Assembly (NCBI GenBank): GCA_041751955.1
Contig: JBGSIB010000050.1
Location: 59,598-123,597 of the forward strand
Length of the DNA: 64,000 nucleotides
From: Crocinitomicaceae bacterium
Lineage (GTDB): Bacteria > Bacteroidota > Bacteroidia > Flavobacteriales_D > Crocinitomicaceae
Reading direction: 5' to 3'
Shown piece by piece: positions 28,508-39,562 of the stretch. Each line of letters starts with the position of its first letter. Positions within the stretch are counted from its first letter, which is position 1. The notes beneath the pieces are model-generated. The model was not told the DNA's origin and made no database searches. It saw only the letters and a program-made list of their open reading frames with translations. A program made the position numbers and the translations under genes.

Positions 28508-29319
28508 TATTGAAAACTAAAGAAGGCGATAAGCAGTAAGCCAATAACTACACGATACCAACCCCATATTTTAAAACCATATTTTTCAATGAAACCAATG
28601 AAAAATTTAATCGCCAAGGCAGCAACAAGAAAAGCTACAACATTTCCAATAGCAAAACTTGTGATGTTTTCAGACGAACTCATAATCATCTCATAACCCT
28701 TTTGTTCTTTACCTTGATAATTCCAATCTTTCAGAAATATAGAGTAGCAAGTTACAGCAAGCATGGTCGGGACAGCCAAAAAGAAACTGAATTCTGCGGC
28801 CATTTTTCGCGTTAAACCTTGCTGCATCCCGCCTATAATTGACGCAGCGGAACGACTCGTGCCAGGCATCATGGCCAAACATTGCCAAAAACCGATCGTA
28901 ATCGCCTTTCTATTGGTGATGTCCTCTTCCTTTGCAATGCGCGAATTTTTAAATAGTTTGTCGATGAAAAGTAGAACTACACCGCCCAATACCAGCATAA
29001 TCGCTATCGGTAGTGGTTTTTCCAAAATGGCTTCAATTTTATCGTCAAATAATTTACCGAGAACCAAAGCAGGAATTACAGCCAAGGTCAATTTGATATA
29101 AAATTTCGGGGACTTAAAATCAAAGAATTTTCGCCAATACAAAGCTACCACTGATAATATCGCACCAAATTGTATGGAAACTTGGAACATTTTCACGAAT
29201 TCGTCATCGCCAATACCAAACATGGAACTGGCAAAAATCATATGCGCCGTTGAAGAAATGGGAAGAAATTCCGTTAATCCTTCAATTACGGCCAATAAAA
29301 TGGTTTGAAATAAATTCAT
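28507..29319 (-). CDS. uppP: undecaprenyl-diphosphate phosphatase
   Basis: N-terminal EGLTEFLPISSTAHM BacA signature and 8 TM segments. Confidence 0.9.
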   Translation of the reverse strand: MNLFQTILLAVIEGLTEFLPISSTAHMIFASSMFGIGDDEFVKMFQVSIQFGAILSVVALYWRKFFDFKSPKFYIKLTLAVIPALVLGKLFDDKIEAILEKPLPIAIMLVLGGVVLLFIDKLFKNSRIAKEEDITNRKAITIGFWQCLAMMPGTSRSAASIIGGMQQGLTRKMAAEFSFFLAVPTMLAVTCYSIFLKDWNYQGKEQKGYEMIMSSSENITSFAIGNVVAFLVAALAIKFFIGFIEKYGFKIWGWYRVVIGLLLIAFFSFQ

Positions 29320-29323
29320 GAAA

Positions 29324-29584
29324 CTATTCCTCTACTGAATCGTTTGTGGAATTCTTGGGTTTGCGCATGATAGAATACAGCATAATTACGTAACCAGCAA
29401 CAATCAACAGAGGTGCAACTGTAATTCTTGTATCACTAAACAATGCATCTGCATTAAATTTCGTTGGATCGTCTGTTCCTCCACCTATCATTAAAATAAA
29501 TCCTAATACGTTTATTCCTAGGCCAATCAACAATAATTTATAATTTTCCGGTTGGAAAGCAAAGTGCGGTTTATTATTCTCCAT
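29324..29584 (-). CDS. DUF3098 small membrane protein
   Basis: 86-aa 2-TM protein in the conserved Bacteroidota position between ftsX and uppP. Confidence 0.55.
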   Translation of the reverse strand: MENNKPHFAFQPENYKLLLIGLGINVLGFILMIGGGTDDPTKFNADALFSDTRITVAPLLIVAGYVIMLYSIMRKPKNSTNDSVEE

Positions 29585-29594
29585 AGATGCAATA

Positions 29595-30485
29595 TTAATA
29601 CAAATCGTCCAATTTCATGCGCAAATATTTGTTAAGCGCGAAATAGGTAGAGACAAAAGTAATGATTACACCAATTAAGACCAAACTTACGAAGATGAGC
29701 ACAAATGTCATCGGATCGAAGCTAATCTCTATGGTTTCAAGGAAATTATTCAAAGCATAAAACAAGGTTACTAAAAGTGCCATGCCTAAAATGGCAGAGA
29801 CTATTCCTTGTAAAATGGATTGTCTTAAAAATGGATTGCGAATGAATTTTCCAGTCGCCCCAACCAATTGCATGGTCTTGATGGTAAATCTTTTAGAATA
29901 CAGTGCCAAGCGAATTGTATTGTTGATCATGGCTACTGCAACAACAATGAGCAATAAAGCGACAATCAAAAAGAGAAAGACGAATTGTCGGAATCCTAAA
30001 TTCACCGATTGAACACTTGCTCGGTCAAAACTTACTTCGTCAATTTCCTTCGGAAATTCTGTTTTAATTTTTTGAACCAAGGCCTCCATCCCAGAAAGTG
30101 TTGCGTGTTGAACCTTTGGTCTAAAAGAAATGGTTGGAGGAAGTGGATTCTCACCTTCGAAAATGGATAATATTTCGTCTGCATTTTGTTCTTCTCCTGT
30201 GAAAGTTTCTATCGCTCTATCCGGCGAAACGAAAAACACTTCGCTGAATTCTGACCAAGTTTTCAGTTTTTGTTCTACTTGTTTAATATCTGCTTCTGAA
30301 TATTCGGGTTGAAAAAAAATGTCGCCTTGTAAATTTTCTTTTGCCTGTTTTTGAACGCGATCAAGTCCAAGTACACCACCTAGCACCAATCCAATGACAA
30401 AAAGGACCAAAGAAATTCCAACTACAGTGGAAATGTAACTGGTGCGAACACCTCGACGACTATATTTTTCTGCTCCTTTACCCAT
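29595..30485 (-). CDS. ftsX: cell division protein FtsX-like permease
   Basis: N-terminal TM followed by a periplasmic domain and a C-terminal FtsX 3-TM permease domain. Confidence 0.8.
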   Translation of the reverse strand: MGKGAEKYSRRGVRTSYISTVVGISLVLFVIGLVLGGVLGLDRVQKQAKENLQGDIFFQPEYSEADIKQVEQKLKTWSEFSEVFFVSPDRAIETFTGEEQNADEILSIFEGENPLPPTISFRPKVQHATLSGMEALVQKIKTEFPKEIDEVSFDRASVQSVNLGFRQFVFLFLIVALLLIVVAVAMINNTIRLALYSKRFTIKTMQLVGATGKFIRNPFLRQSILQGIVSAILGMALLVTLFYALNNFLETIEISFDPMTFVLIFVSLVLIGVIITFVSTYFALNKYLRMKLDDLY

Positions 30486-30585
30486 TGACTTACGAAATTA
30501 CATGAATTAAAGGCCTTTCTTTTTTGCCAAGGCAGAAAGCTTTGAACAAAGTTATTCACGAAAAAACACAAGGCTTGTTAAAATC

Positions 30586-31206
30586 TTGAAATCGAATAAT
30601 CGAATAATCGAATTTTCAATTATATTTATCGCTATGGAACTTTTTGATAACATGGACTCGATGCTACGCATATTTTGGTACATCGCTATTCCTTCAAGTT
30701 TATTTTTTCTCGGTCAGACCATCATGACATTTGTTGGATTGGATTCTGGTGATGGTCTCGATGCAGACTTCGATAGCGATTTGGATGCTGGAGACGGCGG
30801 TCCGAGCCAAATATTCTCTCTCCGCAACCTCATTAATTTTCTTTTGGGTTTCAGTTGGACGGGTGTTTCTCTTTACAACAAAATTGACAACAAGTTCTAC
30901 GTTGGACTGATAGCCACGGTTGTTGGTTTGATATTTCTCTTCCTTTTCTTCTTCGTCATTCGTCAACTAAAGAAATTAGCCGAGGATAATTCATTTAAGC
31001 TTCAAAATACAATTGAAAAAATAGGAGAAGTTTATTTGACTATACCTGCAGAAAAAAAAGGTTCTGGAAAAATATTGATTAGTGTGAATGGCGCCATGCA
31101 TGAATTGACTGCTGCTACAGAAGAAAATGTTAATTTACAATCGGGTTCGCTCGTAAAAGTCCTTCGTATTGAAGGCGATAATTTATTAATCGTAAAACCA
31201 ATTTAA
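30586..31206 (+). CDS. NfeD/YqiJ-like membrane protein (flotillin partner)
   Basis: N-terminal TM helices, an acidic linker and a C-terminal OB-fold-like domain. Lies directly upstream of the flotillin gene, as in yqiJ-yqiK. Confidence 0.5.
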   Translation: MKSNNRIIEFSIIFIAMELFDNMDSMLRIFWYIAIPSSLFFLGQTIMTFVGLDSGDGLDADFDSDLDAGDGGPSQIFSLRNLINFLLGFSWTGVSLYNKIDNKFYVGLIATVVGLIFLFLFFFVIRQLKKLAEDNSFKLQNTIEKIGEVYLTIPAEKKGSGKILISVNGAMHELTAATEENVNLQSGSLVKVLRIEGDNLLIVKPI

Positions 31207-31213
31207 AAGCATT

Positions 31214-32788
31214 ATGCCAGAAATTTCACCACTCATAATTATTGTCGTTGCCGTCGTTATTGTAATAGCGCTAATAGCAGCGTTAACAGCACGTTATAAG
31301 CGTTGTCCATCAGACAAGATCTTAGTTGTTTATGGACGAACCGGCGGAACTTCTGCTAAATGTATCCATGGTGGAGGATCCTTTATTTGGCCAGTTATTC
31401 AAGATTATGCCTTTTTGGATTTAAAACCTATGTCCATTGAAGCGAATTTGACAAATGCATTGAGCCGTCAAAACATTCGTGTGGATGTTCCATGTCGATT
31501 TACCATTGCTATTTCAACGGAAGCAGACAACATGAACACGGCTGCTGAACGTTTATTAGGATTAAAACCAGAACAAATTCAGGAATTGGCGAAAGATATT
31601 CTTTTTGGTCAATTGCGTTTGGTTATTGCGACTATGACTATTGAGGAAATTAATTCTGATCGAGATAAGTTTTTGGAAAATATTTCGAAGAATGTTGACA
31701 GCGAGTTGAAGAAAATTGGTTTGAAATTGATTAACGTTAACGTTACAGATATCAAAGATGAATCGGGTTATATCGAGGCACTAGGAAAAGAAGCTGCTGC
31801 CAAAGCGATTAACGAAGCAAAAATCAGTGTTGCCGAGCAAGAAAAAATTGGTGAAACAGGAAAGGCTCTTGCGGATAGAGAAAAGGACACACAAATTGCC
31901 GAAACACACCGTGATCGCGATGTGAAAATTGCCATTACACAAAAAGATAGAGAAATTAGTATTGCCTCCGCCGCAAAAGATGAAGCTATTGGTCGTGCAG
32001 AAGCAGAAAGAGATACACGTGTAAAAACGTCTGAAGCCAATGCCATCGCCATCCAAGGGGAGAATGAGGCAAAAATCAATATTGCCCAATCTGAGGCTGC
32101 TCGTCGTGAAAAAGAAGCTGAGTCTTTGCGTTTGGCGATGACAGCTGAAAAAGTTCAACAAGCAAGAGCTTTGGAAGAGTCGTACATAGCAGAGCAAAAA
32201 GCAGAGTTGGCGCGTTCGGAAAGAGAACGTTCTTCACAAATCGCCAATGTAATTGTACCTTCCGAAATTGCCAAACAAAGAGCTATTATCGATGCACAAG
32301 CAGAAGCAGAAAGAATTCGTGAAAATGCACGTGGTGAAGCCGATGCGATTTTTGCGAAAATGGATGCGGAAGCACGTGGTTTGTATGAAATATTGACAAA
32401 ACAAGCCGAAGGTTATCGCGATGTGGTTGCTGCAGCTGGCGGAGATCCAACGAAGGCATTCCAGTTATTGTTGATTGAGAAACTTCCTGAATTGGTGAAA
32501 ACACAAGTGGATGCCATTAAAAATCTTAAAATCGATAAAATTACCGTTTGGGATTCTGGAAATGGCAGTGCGAATGGGGAAGGCTCAACCGCGAATTTTG
32601 TTTCTGGTTTGATGAAATCTGTTCCACCATTGAATGAATTGTTCAATATGGCTGGTTTGAATTTGCCAACTTTCTTGAAAGGCGAAGATGTTGATGACCA
32701 AGGTACGGCGAAAGAGGTGAAATCTCCAAAACCAAGCGCTCCAAATAAAGGTCCTAAAAAAGACGAGTCATCCTCTGACGAGAAATAA
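31214..32788 (+). CDS. flotillin-family SPFH/band-7 protein
   Basis: N-terminal TM and SPFH domain, then a long Ala/Glu-rich coiled coil (EA repeats). Confidence 0.85.
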   Translation: MPEISPLIIIVVAVVIVIALIAALTARYKRCPSDKILVVYGRTGGTSAKCIHGGGSFIWPVIQDYAFLDLKPMSIEANLTNALSRQNIRVDVPCRFTIAISTEADNMNTAAERLLGLKPEQIQELAKDILFGQLRLVIATMTIEEINSDRDKFLENISKNVDSELKKIGLKLINVNVTDIKDESGYIEALGKEAAAKAINEAKISVAEQEKIGETGKALADREKDTQIAETHRDRDVKIAITQKDREISIASAAKDEAIGRAEAERDTRVKTSEANAIAIQGENEAKINIAQSEAARREKEAESLRLAMTAEKVQQARALEESYIAEQKAELARSERERSSQIANVIVPSEIAKQRAIIDAQAEAERIRENARGEADAIFAKMDAEARGLYEILTKQAEGYRDVVAAAGGDPTKAFQLLLIEKLPELVKTQVDAIKNLKIDKITVWDSGNGSANGEGSTANFVSGLMKSVPPLNELFNMAGLNLPTFLKGEDVDDQGTAKEVKSPKPSAPNKGPKKDESSSDEK

Positions 32789-32798
32789 TTTCTAAGAC

Positions 32799-33446
32799 AT
32801 GTGGAAGAAATATCGGAAACGAATCTTTCGTTTTTGTGTGGCAATTTTTTTGTTGATGCTCGTCATTTTGATTTATGGCAATTACACCGTTCGGTACTTT
32901 TCCGAAGGGAAAACATTTACATCCATTTCTGAAATACCCAAAAACAAAGTTGGGATGGTACTTGGAACTTCAAAATTTGGAAGGAAAGGGAATATCAATT
33001 TGTATTTTGAATACCGTATACAAGCTACAGTCCGATTTTATAAGGCAGGAAAAATAGAGTTTGTTTTGGTTAGTGGCGACAATGGGAATGTAAATTATGA
33101 TGAGCCCACCGACTTTAAAAATGAGCTCATTGCGAGAGGCATTCCAGCTGAAAGGATATTTCTCGACTATGCGGGGTTCAGAACCTTGGATTCAGTCGTT
33201 CGTGCAAAAGAAATCTTTGGACAAGAAAAATATACGGTGATTTCTCAGAAATTTCATAACGATCGTGCGATTTATCTAGCCACAAAGAAAGGAATGGACG
33301 TGGTTGGCTACAATGCAAAAGATGCGGTCAAATACGGTGGTTTCAAAACAAAAGTCCGAGAAGTACTTGCCCGTGCAAAAGCTTTTCTAGATATACTTTT
33401 TGGAGTGCAACCGAAATTTTTGGGAGAGAAGGTTCAGATTGGATAA
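32799..33446 (+). CDS. SanA/YdcF (DUF218) family membrane protein
   Basis: N-terminal TM and a DUF218 core (VSGDNG...YDEP). Confidence 0.7.
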   Translation: MWKKYRKRIFRFCVAIFLLMLVILIYGNYTVRYFSEGKTFTSISEIPKNKVGMVLGTSKFGRKGNINLYFEYRIQATVRFYKAGKIEFVLVSGDNGNVNYDEPTDFKNELIARGIPAERIFLDYAGFRTLDSVVRAKEIFGQEKYTVISQKFHNDRAIYLATKKGMDVVGYNAKDAVKYGGFKTKVREVLARAKAFLDILFGVQPKFLGEKVQIG

Positions 33447-33592
33447 CAAATAGGCCTTTCGAGTAGTAAGGTCAGTTTATTGTTCATGAACTTGTTTTGC
33501 TATAAAGGAATCAATCCTTTTTATCGGTTGAATCCTTTTCATCTGTGTTCTAACTTCCATTAAATTTATCGTAAATTTGTACCCACGAAATA

Positions 33593-34201
33593 TTGATGAT
33601 TATGAAAGTTCCTGTTACCGTTTACGCCGAAATGACACCGAATCCCAAAACAATGAAATTCGTTGCGAATAAGTATTTGCTGGTACCAGGTGATTCTGCT
33701 GAATTTACGAGCATGGTGGATACAAAAGGTTTTTCGCCAATTGCTGAGGCTTTATTCAATTTTCCTTTCGTTAAAGGGGTTTTCTTAGCTGCTAATTTTG
33801 TGACCATTACCATTTCGGATGATATTTCGTGGGATTTTGTTCAAATGGAATTGCGCGATTTTGTTCGTGAGTGGTTGGCCGATGGAAATGATGTATTAAC
33901 GAAAATGCCCGCGCCGAAACCAGTGGAATTGAAACAAGAAACAGGTGAATCAAAAACGTACGAGCCTTCTGAGTACGACGATGCCATTCGTGATTTGTTA
34001 GACGAATACGTTCGACCAGCAGTGGAAAACGACGGAGGAGCGATTGATTTTAGAAGTTTTGAAGAAGGAACGGTAACTGTGGTCCTTCGAGGTGCTTGTT
34101 CAGGTTGTCCATCCTCCACAGCAACACTAAAAGGTGGTATAGAAACTTTATTGAAATCTCACCTCCCAGAAGTGAAAGAGGTGGTGGCTGAAGAAGCGTA
34201 A
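33593..34201 (+). CDS. NifU-family Fe-S assembly protein (Nfu N-terminal plus NifU C-terminal domains)
   Basis: GACSGCPSS CxxC motif in the C-terminal domain and an Nfu_N-like N-terminal domain. Confidence 0.8.
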   Translation: MMIMKVPVTVYAEMTPNPKTMKFVANKYLLVPGDSAEFTSMVDTKGFSPIAEALFNFPFVKGVFLAANFVTITISDDISWDFVQMELRDFVREWLADGNDVLTKMPAPKPVELKQETGESKTYEPSEYDDAIRDLLDEYVRPAVENDGGAIDFRSFEEGTVTVVLRGACSGCPSSTATLKGGIETLLKSHLPEVKEVVAEEA

Positions 34202-34264
34202 TTAATTAAGAATTAGGAATTAATAAAAAGGGTTCGATCAATTGACTATTAATTCATAATTCAC

Positions 34265-34996
34265 CTACAGCCATCTAAACAACTCGTCATACATTCGTTT
34301 CCCCCAAGGGCTGTTCGCAAAATCTTTTTCAAGCTTGGCTCTGAGTTCATCAGGTGTATAAACATCTTTTTTCTTCGTGTCAACTACAAAGGTTTCTGCT
34401 TTTGGTGTCAAGACCTCAACTTCTTTGGCAAAATAAATGATTCCTCCATCCTCCGTTGCTAGACCCAAAATAGCTCCTGGTAGTCCGAAAAATCCTTCGG
34501 GACCTATGCTCGGAACTATCTCTATGGCATACCACGCGTAAAGACGAGTAGAATCATTTTTCTCATAAATCGCTTTTCGACATTTGTATTTTCCAATCGT
34601 TCTTTTGTTTTCAGTGATTTTCCATTGTCTCACCGCATTGGAATCTTTCACATAAATACTTTGACCGGAAATATCTAAAACAGTAAGTTTGTTATTGCTA
34701 GAAAAATTTTGCAATACCGTACTTTTACTGGTTGCCCAGCTCATTTTATCTACTTCATCAGATTCGATAGGTTTGAAAATAGAAATTGTATCGTTGAAAA
34801 TCAATTCGAATTGATCAATTTTGGTTTTGTTTCCGCGCAACCATTCTTTTATTCTTTCATCCGTGAATTTCTTTTCCAAATTCGTTTTGCGCTCAAAGAC
34901 AATTCTGCCAGACGTGATTTGTGCTTTCGCTGAAACGAAAAAAGCCAAAAACAGCATGGAAACTCCAATTTTTTTAATGCCAGCCACCTTTTCCAT
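34265..34996 (-). CDS. GLPGLI-family protein
   Basis: FFGLPGAILGL motif and a signal peptide. Paired with the upstream outer-membrane beta-barrel gene. Confidence 0.55.
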   Translation of the reverse strand: MEKVAGIKKIGVSMLFLAFFVSAKAQITSGRIVFERKTNLEKKFTDERIKEWLRGNKTKIDQFELIFNDTISIFKPIESDEVDKMSWATSKSTVLQNFSSNNKLTVLDISGQSIYVKDSNAVRQWKITENKRTIGKYKCRKAIYEKNDSTRLYAWYAIEIVPSIGPEGFFGLPGAILGLATEDGGIIYFAKEVEVLTPKAETFVVDTKKKDVYTPDELRAKLEKDFANSPWGKRMYDELFRWL

Positions 34997-37763
34997 CTTC
35001 TTCAGTTGTTTTGTTGTTATTGAAACGATACGTTAATTTCACTAAGAAATAGCGAGAAATGATTGTTGTAAAATTATCGGTAACTACGTTTTGAGAAACA
35101 TTTCTTGAAGCATTAATATTCTGATTTAAAATATCATTTGCCAAGAACATCAATTCGAGATTCCTTGTTTTTAAGAACGTTTTGCTTACAGCTGCATTCA
35201 AAATAATGAAGTTGATATTGTAACCAACCGCTCGTTGACCATTTAAGGTATAGTTTACATTCGATTCCAATTTAAATCCTCTTTTCAATCTCCAAGTAAA
35301 ACCTGCGAAATATTCTTGTGTGGTAAATGGCTGGGTGTTAAAATTACTAAGACTATTTTTTGGACTGTTATAAGTTAAGCTACTTCGAACTGAAAACTCT
35401 AATGAGTCTGATTGGTATTGAAATTCTAAACTTGGTCCAAAATAGGAATTCGTTGCGGTGTTTTTTTCATCGTTGAGGTAGCTAATGTTTTGACTTATAC
35501 TTGCAGATATATTAGGTCGAATACTGTATTTTCTGTTTTTCAATGGAATTCCAGCTCCCATCCAGATGGAACTAGATCCAGCATTTTTCACATTCACTTT
35601 TTTCACAATTTGTTGACCAAATGAATTGATACTTGTCGAATCACCGAAAGGATTCGTTGCGTAGTAACCGTTACCACCGAGGTAGATATATCTTCCTGAC
35701 AGGGCATTCCAAGTATTAAAATTCACACTCAAATTATGGGAATAATCTGGTCGTAGATTCGCATTTCCTGTTTTTAAACGATTAGGATTGTTATTGTCTT
35801 GAACAGGTTGAAGGTCAGAAATAGAAGGTTGTCGAGAATTAGTGTTATAATTTACTCTCAGTCGTGTACTTCTTGATGGATTATAAGTGAATCTGAATAC
35901 TGGTAAGATGTTCGTGAAATTTTGAAGAATCATGGTGTCGGTCACTCTATTTCTATTTTCAATGTCGATGTTTCTCACACGAGCACCACCAACGATAGTA
36001 TATTTTTTACTCTCATACCACAATTGAAGACCAGCTTTATGCTGCGTTCTAAGATTCTCAAAATTATTGGAGAAAATAGTATTGATTTGATCAAATAAGC
36101 CAGTTACTGGATTGAAATCTCTTGTCTCCTTATTTTGATTGGTGTTGCCTCGTTCAAACGAATATTCGGTTTGTACTTTGTACTTCTTTCCGATCGGTTC
36201 GAAATAGGAACCTCTAATTGAATGGGAAATACCATTTTGATAATTTATTTTTTCTTGATCAAAACTAGCAACAGTTTGTGTACTATCGTAGAAACTATTG
36301 GTGGTGTTCAAGGTTCCGTCCGAACGGTTATCTTCCAAAGAAAGGTCGTAGTTCAATGCGAATCTCCTTCTCTTTTTCATAAAATCTCGAGTGAATTCTA
36401 TACGATTGTTTAGAGAGTTACTAACGGCTTTGTTTTGTTTGCCGATTACGTTTGATCGTGATAAACTATTTTCAGAGGTCAGAAAAGTAGTATAATCTTT
36501 TATGTCTTGTTCTCCCGTTGTCATGCTAAAACTTGGACGAATTTCAATTCTTGTCAAGGAGTCAATTTGAGATTCGAATCGGAAATTTACACTGTGAGAG
36601 ATATCAGCGCTTATATTTCGAGTAGAATCATCAGTATAAAAAGATGAATCTTGAACAAAAAATTGAGATCGGCTTTGACTCAACGCGTTGTTTTTTGTAT
36701 TGTAATACGAATAGTTGAAGCCCATTTCTGTCTGTTTCTTCTTGCCTATTTTATCGGCATAATAAATACCTGCTTTTAAAGTAGTTGGTATTCCTGGGTT
36801 TGATCCATTTTCGGAATAAACATAATCACCTTCGTCGTTAAACATACGCGTGCTTCCTTCATTCTCCAAGCCAAATTTATTTCTATCTCCAAAACCAAAA
36901 TTACTTTTTGGGGTATTCGCACCTAAAACGAACACCGATATTTTCTGACTTTTGTTGAAATGATTCAAGAGTAGTTCACCTTCATAAAACTGAGTAAAAT
37001 CAGAAGCTCCGGATATCCTACCGAAATATCCTTTTTTTGCATCTTCTTTTAACCTCAGATCGAGGATTTGTATTGTTTCTTGACCGTCCGCCGCATTTTC
37101 TTGTGTTTTTTCATAAACTTGAACTGTTTCTACGCCTTTCGCACCTAAATTCTTGGTTGCAACGGTAGGATCTGTACCAAAAAATTCATCCCCATCTACC
37201 AATACTTTGTCAATTGCTTTCCCCTGAGATTTAATTTTCCCATCCTTATCAATTTCCAAGCCGGGCAACCTCTTTAATAAATCTTCAACTACTGCTCCCT
37301 CTGCAACACTAAATGAATCGGCAACATATACCAAGGTGTCACCGTTATAAAATATCGGATTTTTATTGGCGTAAATGACGATTTCATCCATGTTCAAGGA
37401 CTCGGTAGGCATGGTTATTTTCGTAATGTCAATTTCAAAGTTGTTTTCATTTCCGAAGATGTAGTAAAATTTATCATCATAACCGGGTGCGCTAATAATT
37501 ACAGTGAATGTGTCAGCGGGAAATCCAGATAATTCAAAATCACCATTTTTGTCCGTTCTTTCGTAAGCTAGCATGAGTGAATCACTAACTCTCACCGCCA
37601 AAGCTACTGCTCCAACTACTGGCTTTGTTCCAGTACTGTCAAAAACGTGTCCTTTCAGATTCATTTCTTGACTGTAACTAATATTTGAACTAAGAAGGAT
37701 TAGGAATAAAAGGGAAAAAAATGCGCGAATTAGTTGCATAACTTGGATGTGATTTAACCACAA
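34974..37763 (-). CDS. outer-membrane beta-barrel protein, TonB-dependent-receptor-like with a carboxypeptidase-regulatory-like N-domain
   Basis: Signal peptide. The N-terminal Ig-like domain (GHVFDSTGTKPVVGAVAL) and a plug-like region are followed by a long beta-strand-rich barrel. Confidence 0.6.
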   Translation of the reverse strand: MWLNHIQVMQLIRAFFSLLFLILLSSNISYSQEMNLKGHVFDSTGTKPVVGAVALAVRVSDSLMLAYERTDKNGDFELSGFPADTFTVIISAPGYDDKFYYIFGNENNFEIDITKITMPTESLNMDEIVIYANKNPIFYNGDTLVYVADSFSVAEGAVVEDLLKRLPGLEIDKDGKIKSQGKAIDKVLVDGDEFFGTDPTVATKNLGAKGVETVQVYEKTQENAADGQETIQILDLRLKEDAKKGYFGRISGASDFTQFYEGELLLNHFNKSQKISVFVLGANTPKSNFGFGDRNKFGLENEGSTRMFNDEGDYVYSENGSNPGIPTTLKAGIYYADKIGKKKQTEMGFNYSYYNTKNNALSQSRSQFFVQDSSFYTDDSTRNISADISHSVNFRFESQIDSLTRIEIRPSFSMTTGEQDIKDYTTFLTSENSLSRSNVIGKQNKAVSNSLNNRIEFTRDFMKKRRRFALNYDLSLEDNRSDGTLNTTNSFYDSTQTVASFDQEKINYQNGISHSIRGSYFEPIGKKYKVQTEYSFERGNTNQNKETRDFNPVTGLFDQINTIFSNNFENLRTQHKAGLQLWYESKKYTIVGGARVRNIDIENRNRVTDTMILQNFTNILPVFRFTYNPSRSTRLRVNYNTNSRQPSISDLQPVQDNNNPNRLKTGNANLRPDYSHNLSVNFNTWNALSGRYIYLGGNGYYATNPFGDSTSINSFGQQIVKKVNVKNAGSSSIWMGAGIPLKNRKYSIRPNISASISQNISYLNDEKNTATNSYFGPSLEFQYQSDSLEFSVRSSLTYNSPKNSLSNFNTQPFTTQEYFAGFTWRLKRGFKLESNVNYTLNGQRAVGYNINFIILNAAVSKTFLKTRNLELMFLANDILNQNINASRNVSQNVVTDNFTTIISRYFLVKLTYRFNNNKTTEEDGKGGWH

Positions 37764-37916
37764 TATTAAGGATAAATCGGCCTAGACGTTACCCCAAAAA
37801 ATGTTAATGAAACTAAAAATCGGTCAAAGGTCGATTTTCTAAGATAAATGGAAACCCATGAATTGAGTTGGCAAACTATCTTTTTCGCCCTTTTTGTAAA
37901 CTCAAAAATTCAATGT

Positions 37917-38696
37917 TTATAATAACTTTACGCTAATTAAAACCTGAAACTCAAGGTTTTTCTCATCTATCATTTTTTCAAAATTTATAGACAAAGGTTG
38001 ATTTATAAAGGATTTTTCATTTTGTTTTAAAGTCTGGATAGTTTTGTCCGCATATTGCACTGCTACTGCTGATGCAAATCCGCTTTCGCCTGGTCCACCA
38101 ACTAATAAATAAGTTAGATTACCATTGTCCAAAAAGCCTTGAAATGTTGTGGCAAAAACACCTTCATTATTCAATACTTGTTCAGCTCTGAGCATAGAGC
38201 AGTCGTAATTATTTGTGTTTTTATAGGCTTCTTTTTCCAAATCTTCTTCAAAAGGAGCCAAACGTTCCTTAGTTGAAAGTACTTTGCCGTTTTTATCATA
38301 ATAGCTAATACGCTCTCGGTAACTTCCTTTTCCATTTTCATTGTCGCCAAAACGCTCATGAGAGATGAATTTCTTTCCATTTTCAAGATAAAAATAGCGA
38401 ACACCGGTATTGCCTGTTTTTCCATTGGCAAACTTTTCTTCTATTTTCACAATTTCTCCTTGCGCATCCAAAAAAGCAAATACTTGTTCGAAAGATCCAT
38501 CATTGTGTCTGAAATCCAGACTGTTGGCCACTGACATTTCTTCCTCATTGGCCACAATGGCCAACTTTTTTTCTTCTAAATCTTGATGATTGGATACAGA
38601 TTCACTGCCTAGTATTTCTGGATTTTGATTTTCGTCGTTTTCCTGTGAGCAAGATAAAATTGCCGCCGCTACGATAAATAACATGAATTTTTGCAT
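37917..38696 (-). CDS. hypothetical lipoprotein
   Basis: Lipobox ILSCS. No recognisable motifs. Confidence 0.5.
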   Translation of the reverse strand: MQKFMLFIVAAAILSCSQENDENQNPEILGSESVSNHQDLEEKKLAIVANEEEMSVANSLDFRHNDGSFEQVFAFLDAQGEIVKIEEKFANGKTGNTGVRYFYLENGKKFISHERFGDNENGKGSYRERISYYDKNGKVLSTKERLAPFEEDLEKEAYKNTNNYDCSMLRAEQVLNNEGVFATTFQGFLDNGNLTYLLVGGPGESGFASAVAVQYADKTIQTLKQNEKSFINQPLSINFEKMIDEKNLEFQVLISVKLL

Positions 38697-38809
38697 AAGA
38701 ATGGGTTTTATTTGTTGTAATAAGCAAAATACCTTGTAAAGGTAACAGGTAATAAAACTAAAACGGAACTTTTTGTAGATTGTTTTCGTACTATAAAAAA
38801 AAACTTTTT

Positions 38810-39304
38810 ATGTCTACAGCTCACATGCATCTTCTTCTGAATCATATTCCGATTCTCGGGACTTTTTTCGGTATCATTCTTTTATTTCTCGGTTTGACCA
38901 AAAAAAGTAAAACTTTACAGAAATCAGGATTAGCTACTTTTGTCATTGTCGGATTGATTACGATACCAGCATTTTTAACAGGCGAAGGTGCAGAACATGC
39001 TACTGAACATTTCGTTGGATCTTCACATGCAATGATACATGAGCATGAAGAGTTGGGTGAGAAAGGATTAATTTTGGCATTGATTTTAGCTTTTGCATCA
39101 GCTATTTTTTGGTGGTTTTTGGCGAGAAACAGACATATTCACTATCTCAAAGCATTGTGGTCTATTTTGATTGTTGCCATTTTATCCTTCATTCTGATGG
39201 CTTTGATCGGAAATCATGGTGGAAAAATCCGACGTCCAGAATTAAGAGGTGAAAAAGTTGAAATTCAAAAAAGCGAACATAATCAAGAATTTGATGAAGA
39301 TTAA
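38810..39304 (+). CDS. hypothetical 4-TM membrane protein with a His-rich loop
   Basis: EHATEHFVGSSHAMIHEHEE between TM helices. The start is taken at the internal Met. Confidence 0.5.
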   Translation: MSTAHMHLLLNHIPILGTFFGIILLFLGLTKKSKTLQKSGLATFVIVGLITIPAFLTGEGAEHATEHFVGSSHAMIHEHEELGEKGLILALILAFASAIFWWFLARNRHIHYLKALWSILIVAILSFILMALIGNHGGKIRRPELRGEKVEIQKSEHNQEFDED

Positions 39305-39315
39305 CTTACTTTTTC

Positions 39316-39345
39316 TTGTCAAAAAGAAAAAAGTACGTATCTTTG
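39316..39345 (+). promoter_or_regulatory. candidate Bacteroidota sigma-A promoter (TTG ... TATCTTTG) upstream of the tRNA locus
   Basis: TTG at 39316-39318 and TATCTTTG at 39338-39345, 19 nt apart. Confidence 0.3.
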
Positions 39346-39390
39346 CACACGCATTTGGAAACGACCATTGCGAATTTGAAAAGATAATTA

Positions 39391-39440
39391 AGCAATAAAG
39401 ATATATTGCGGGGTGGAGTCAGCCGCAGCTGAGTGCTCGT
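39391..39440 (+). other. decayed 5' partial copy of the tRNA-fMet gene (pseudo-tRNA fragment)
   Basis: The 28-nt AGCAATAAAGATATATTGCGGGGTGGAG occurs at 39391-39418 and again at 39466-39493, the latter running into the intact tRNA. The sequence downstream of the first copy still resembles the D-arm and anticodon stem but has lost the cloverleaf. Confidence 0.35.
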
Positions 39441-39481
39441 CAGGCTCCCATTTAGTTTTGAAATAAGCAATAAAGATATAT

Positions 39482-39554
<73 letters not shown>

Positions 39555-39562
39555 CTAGTAAA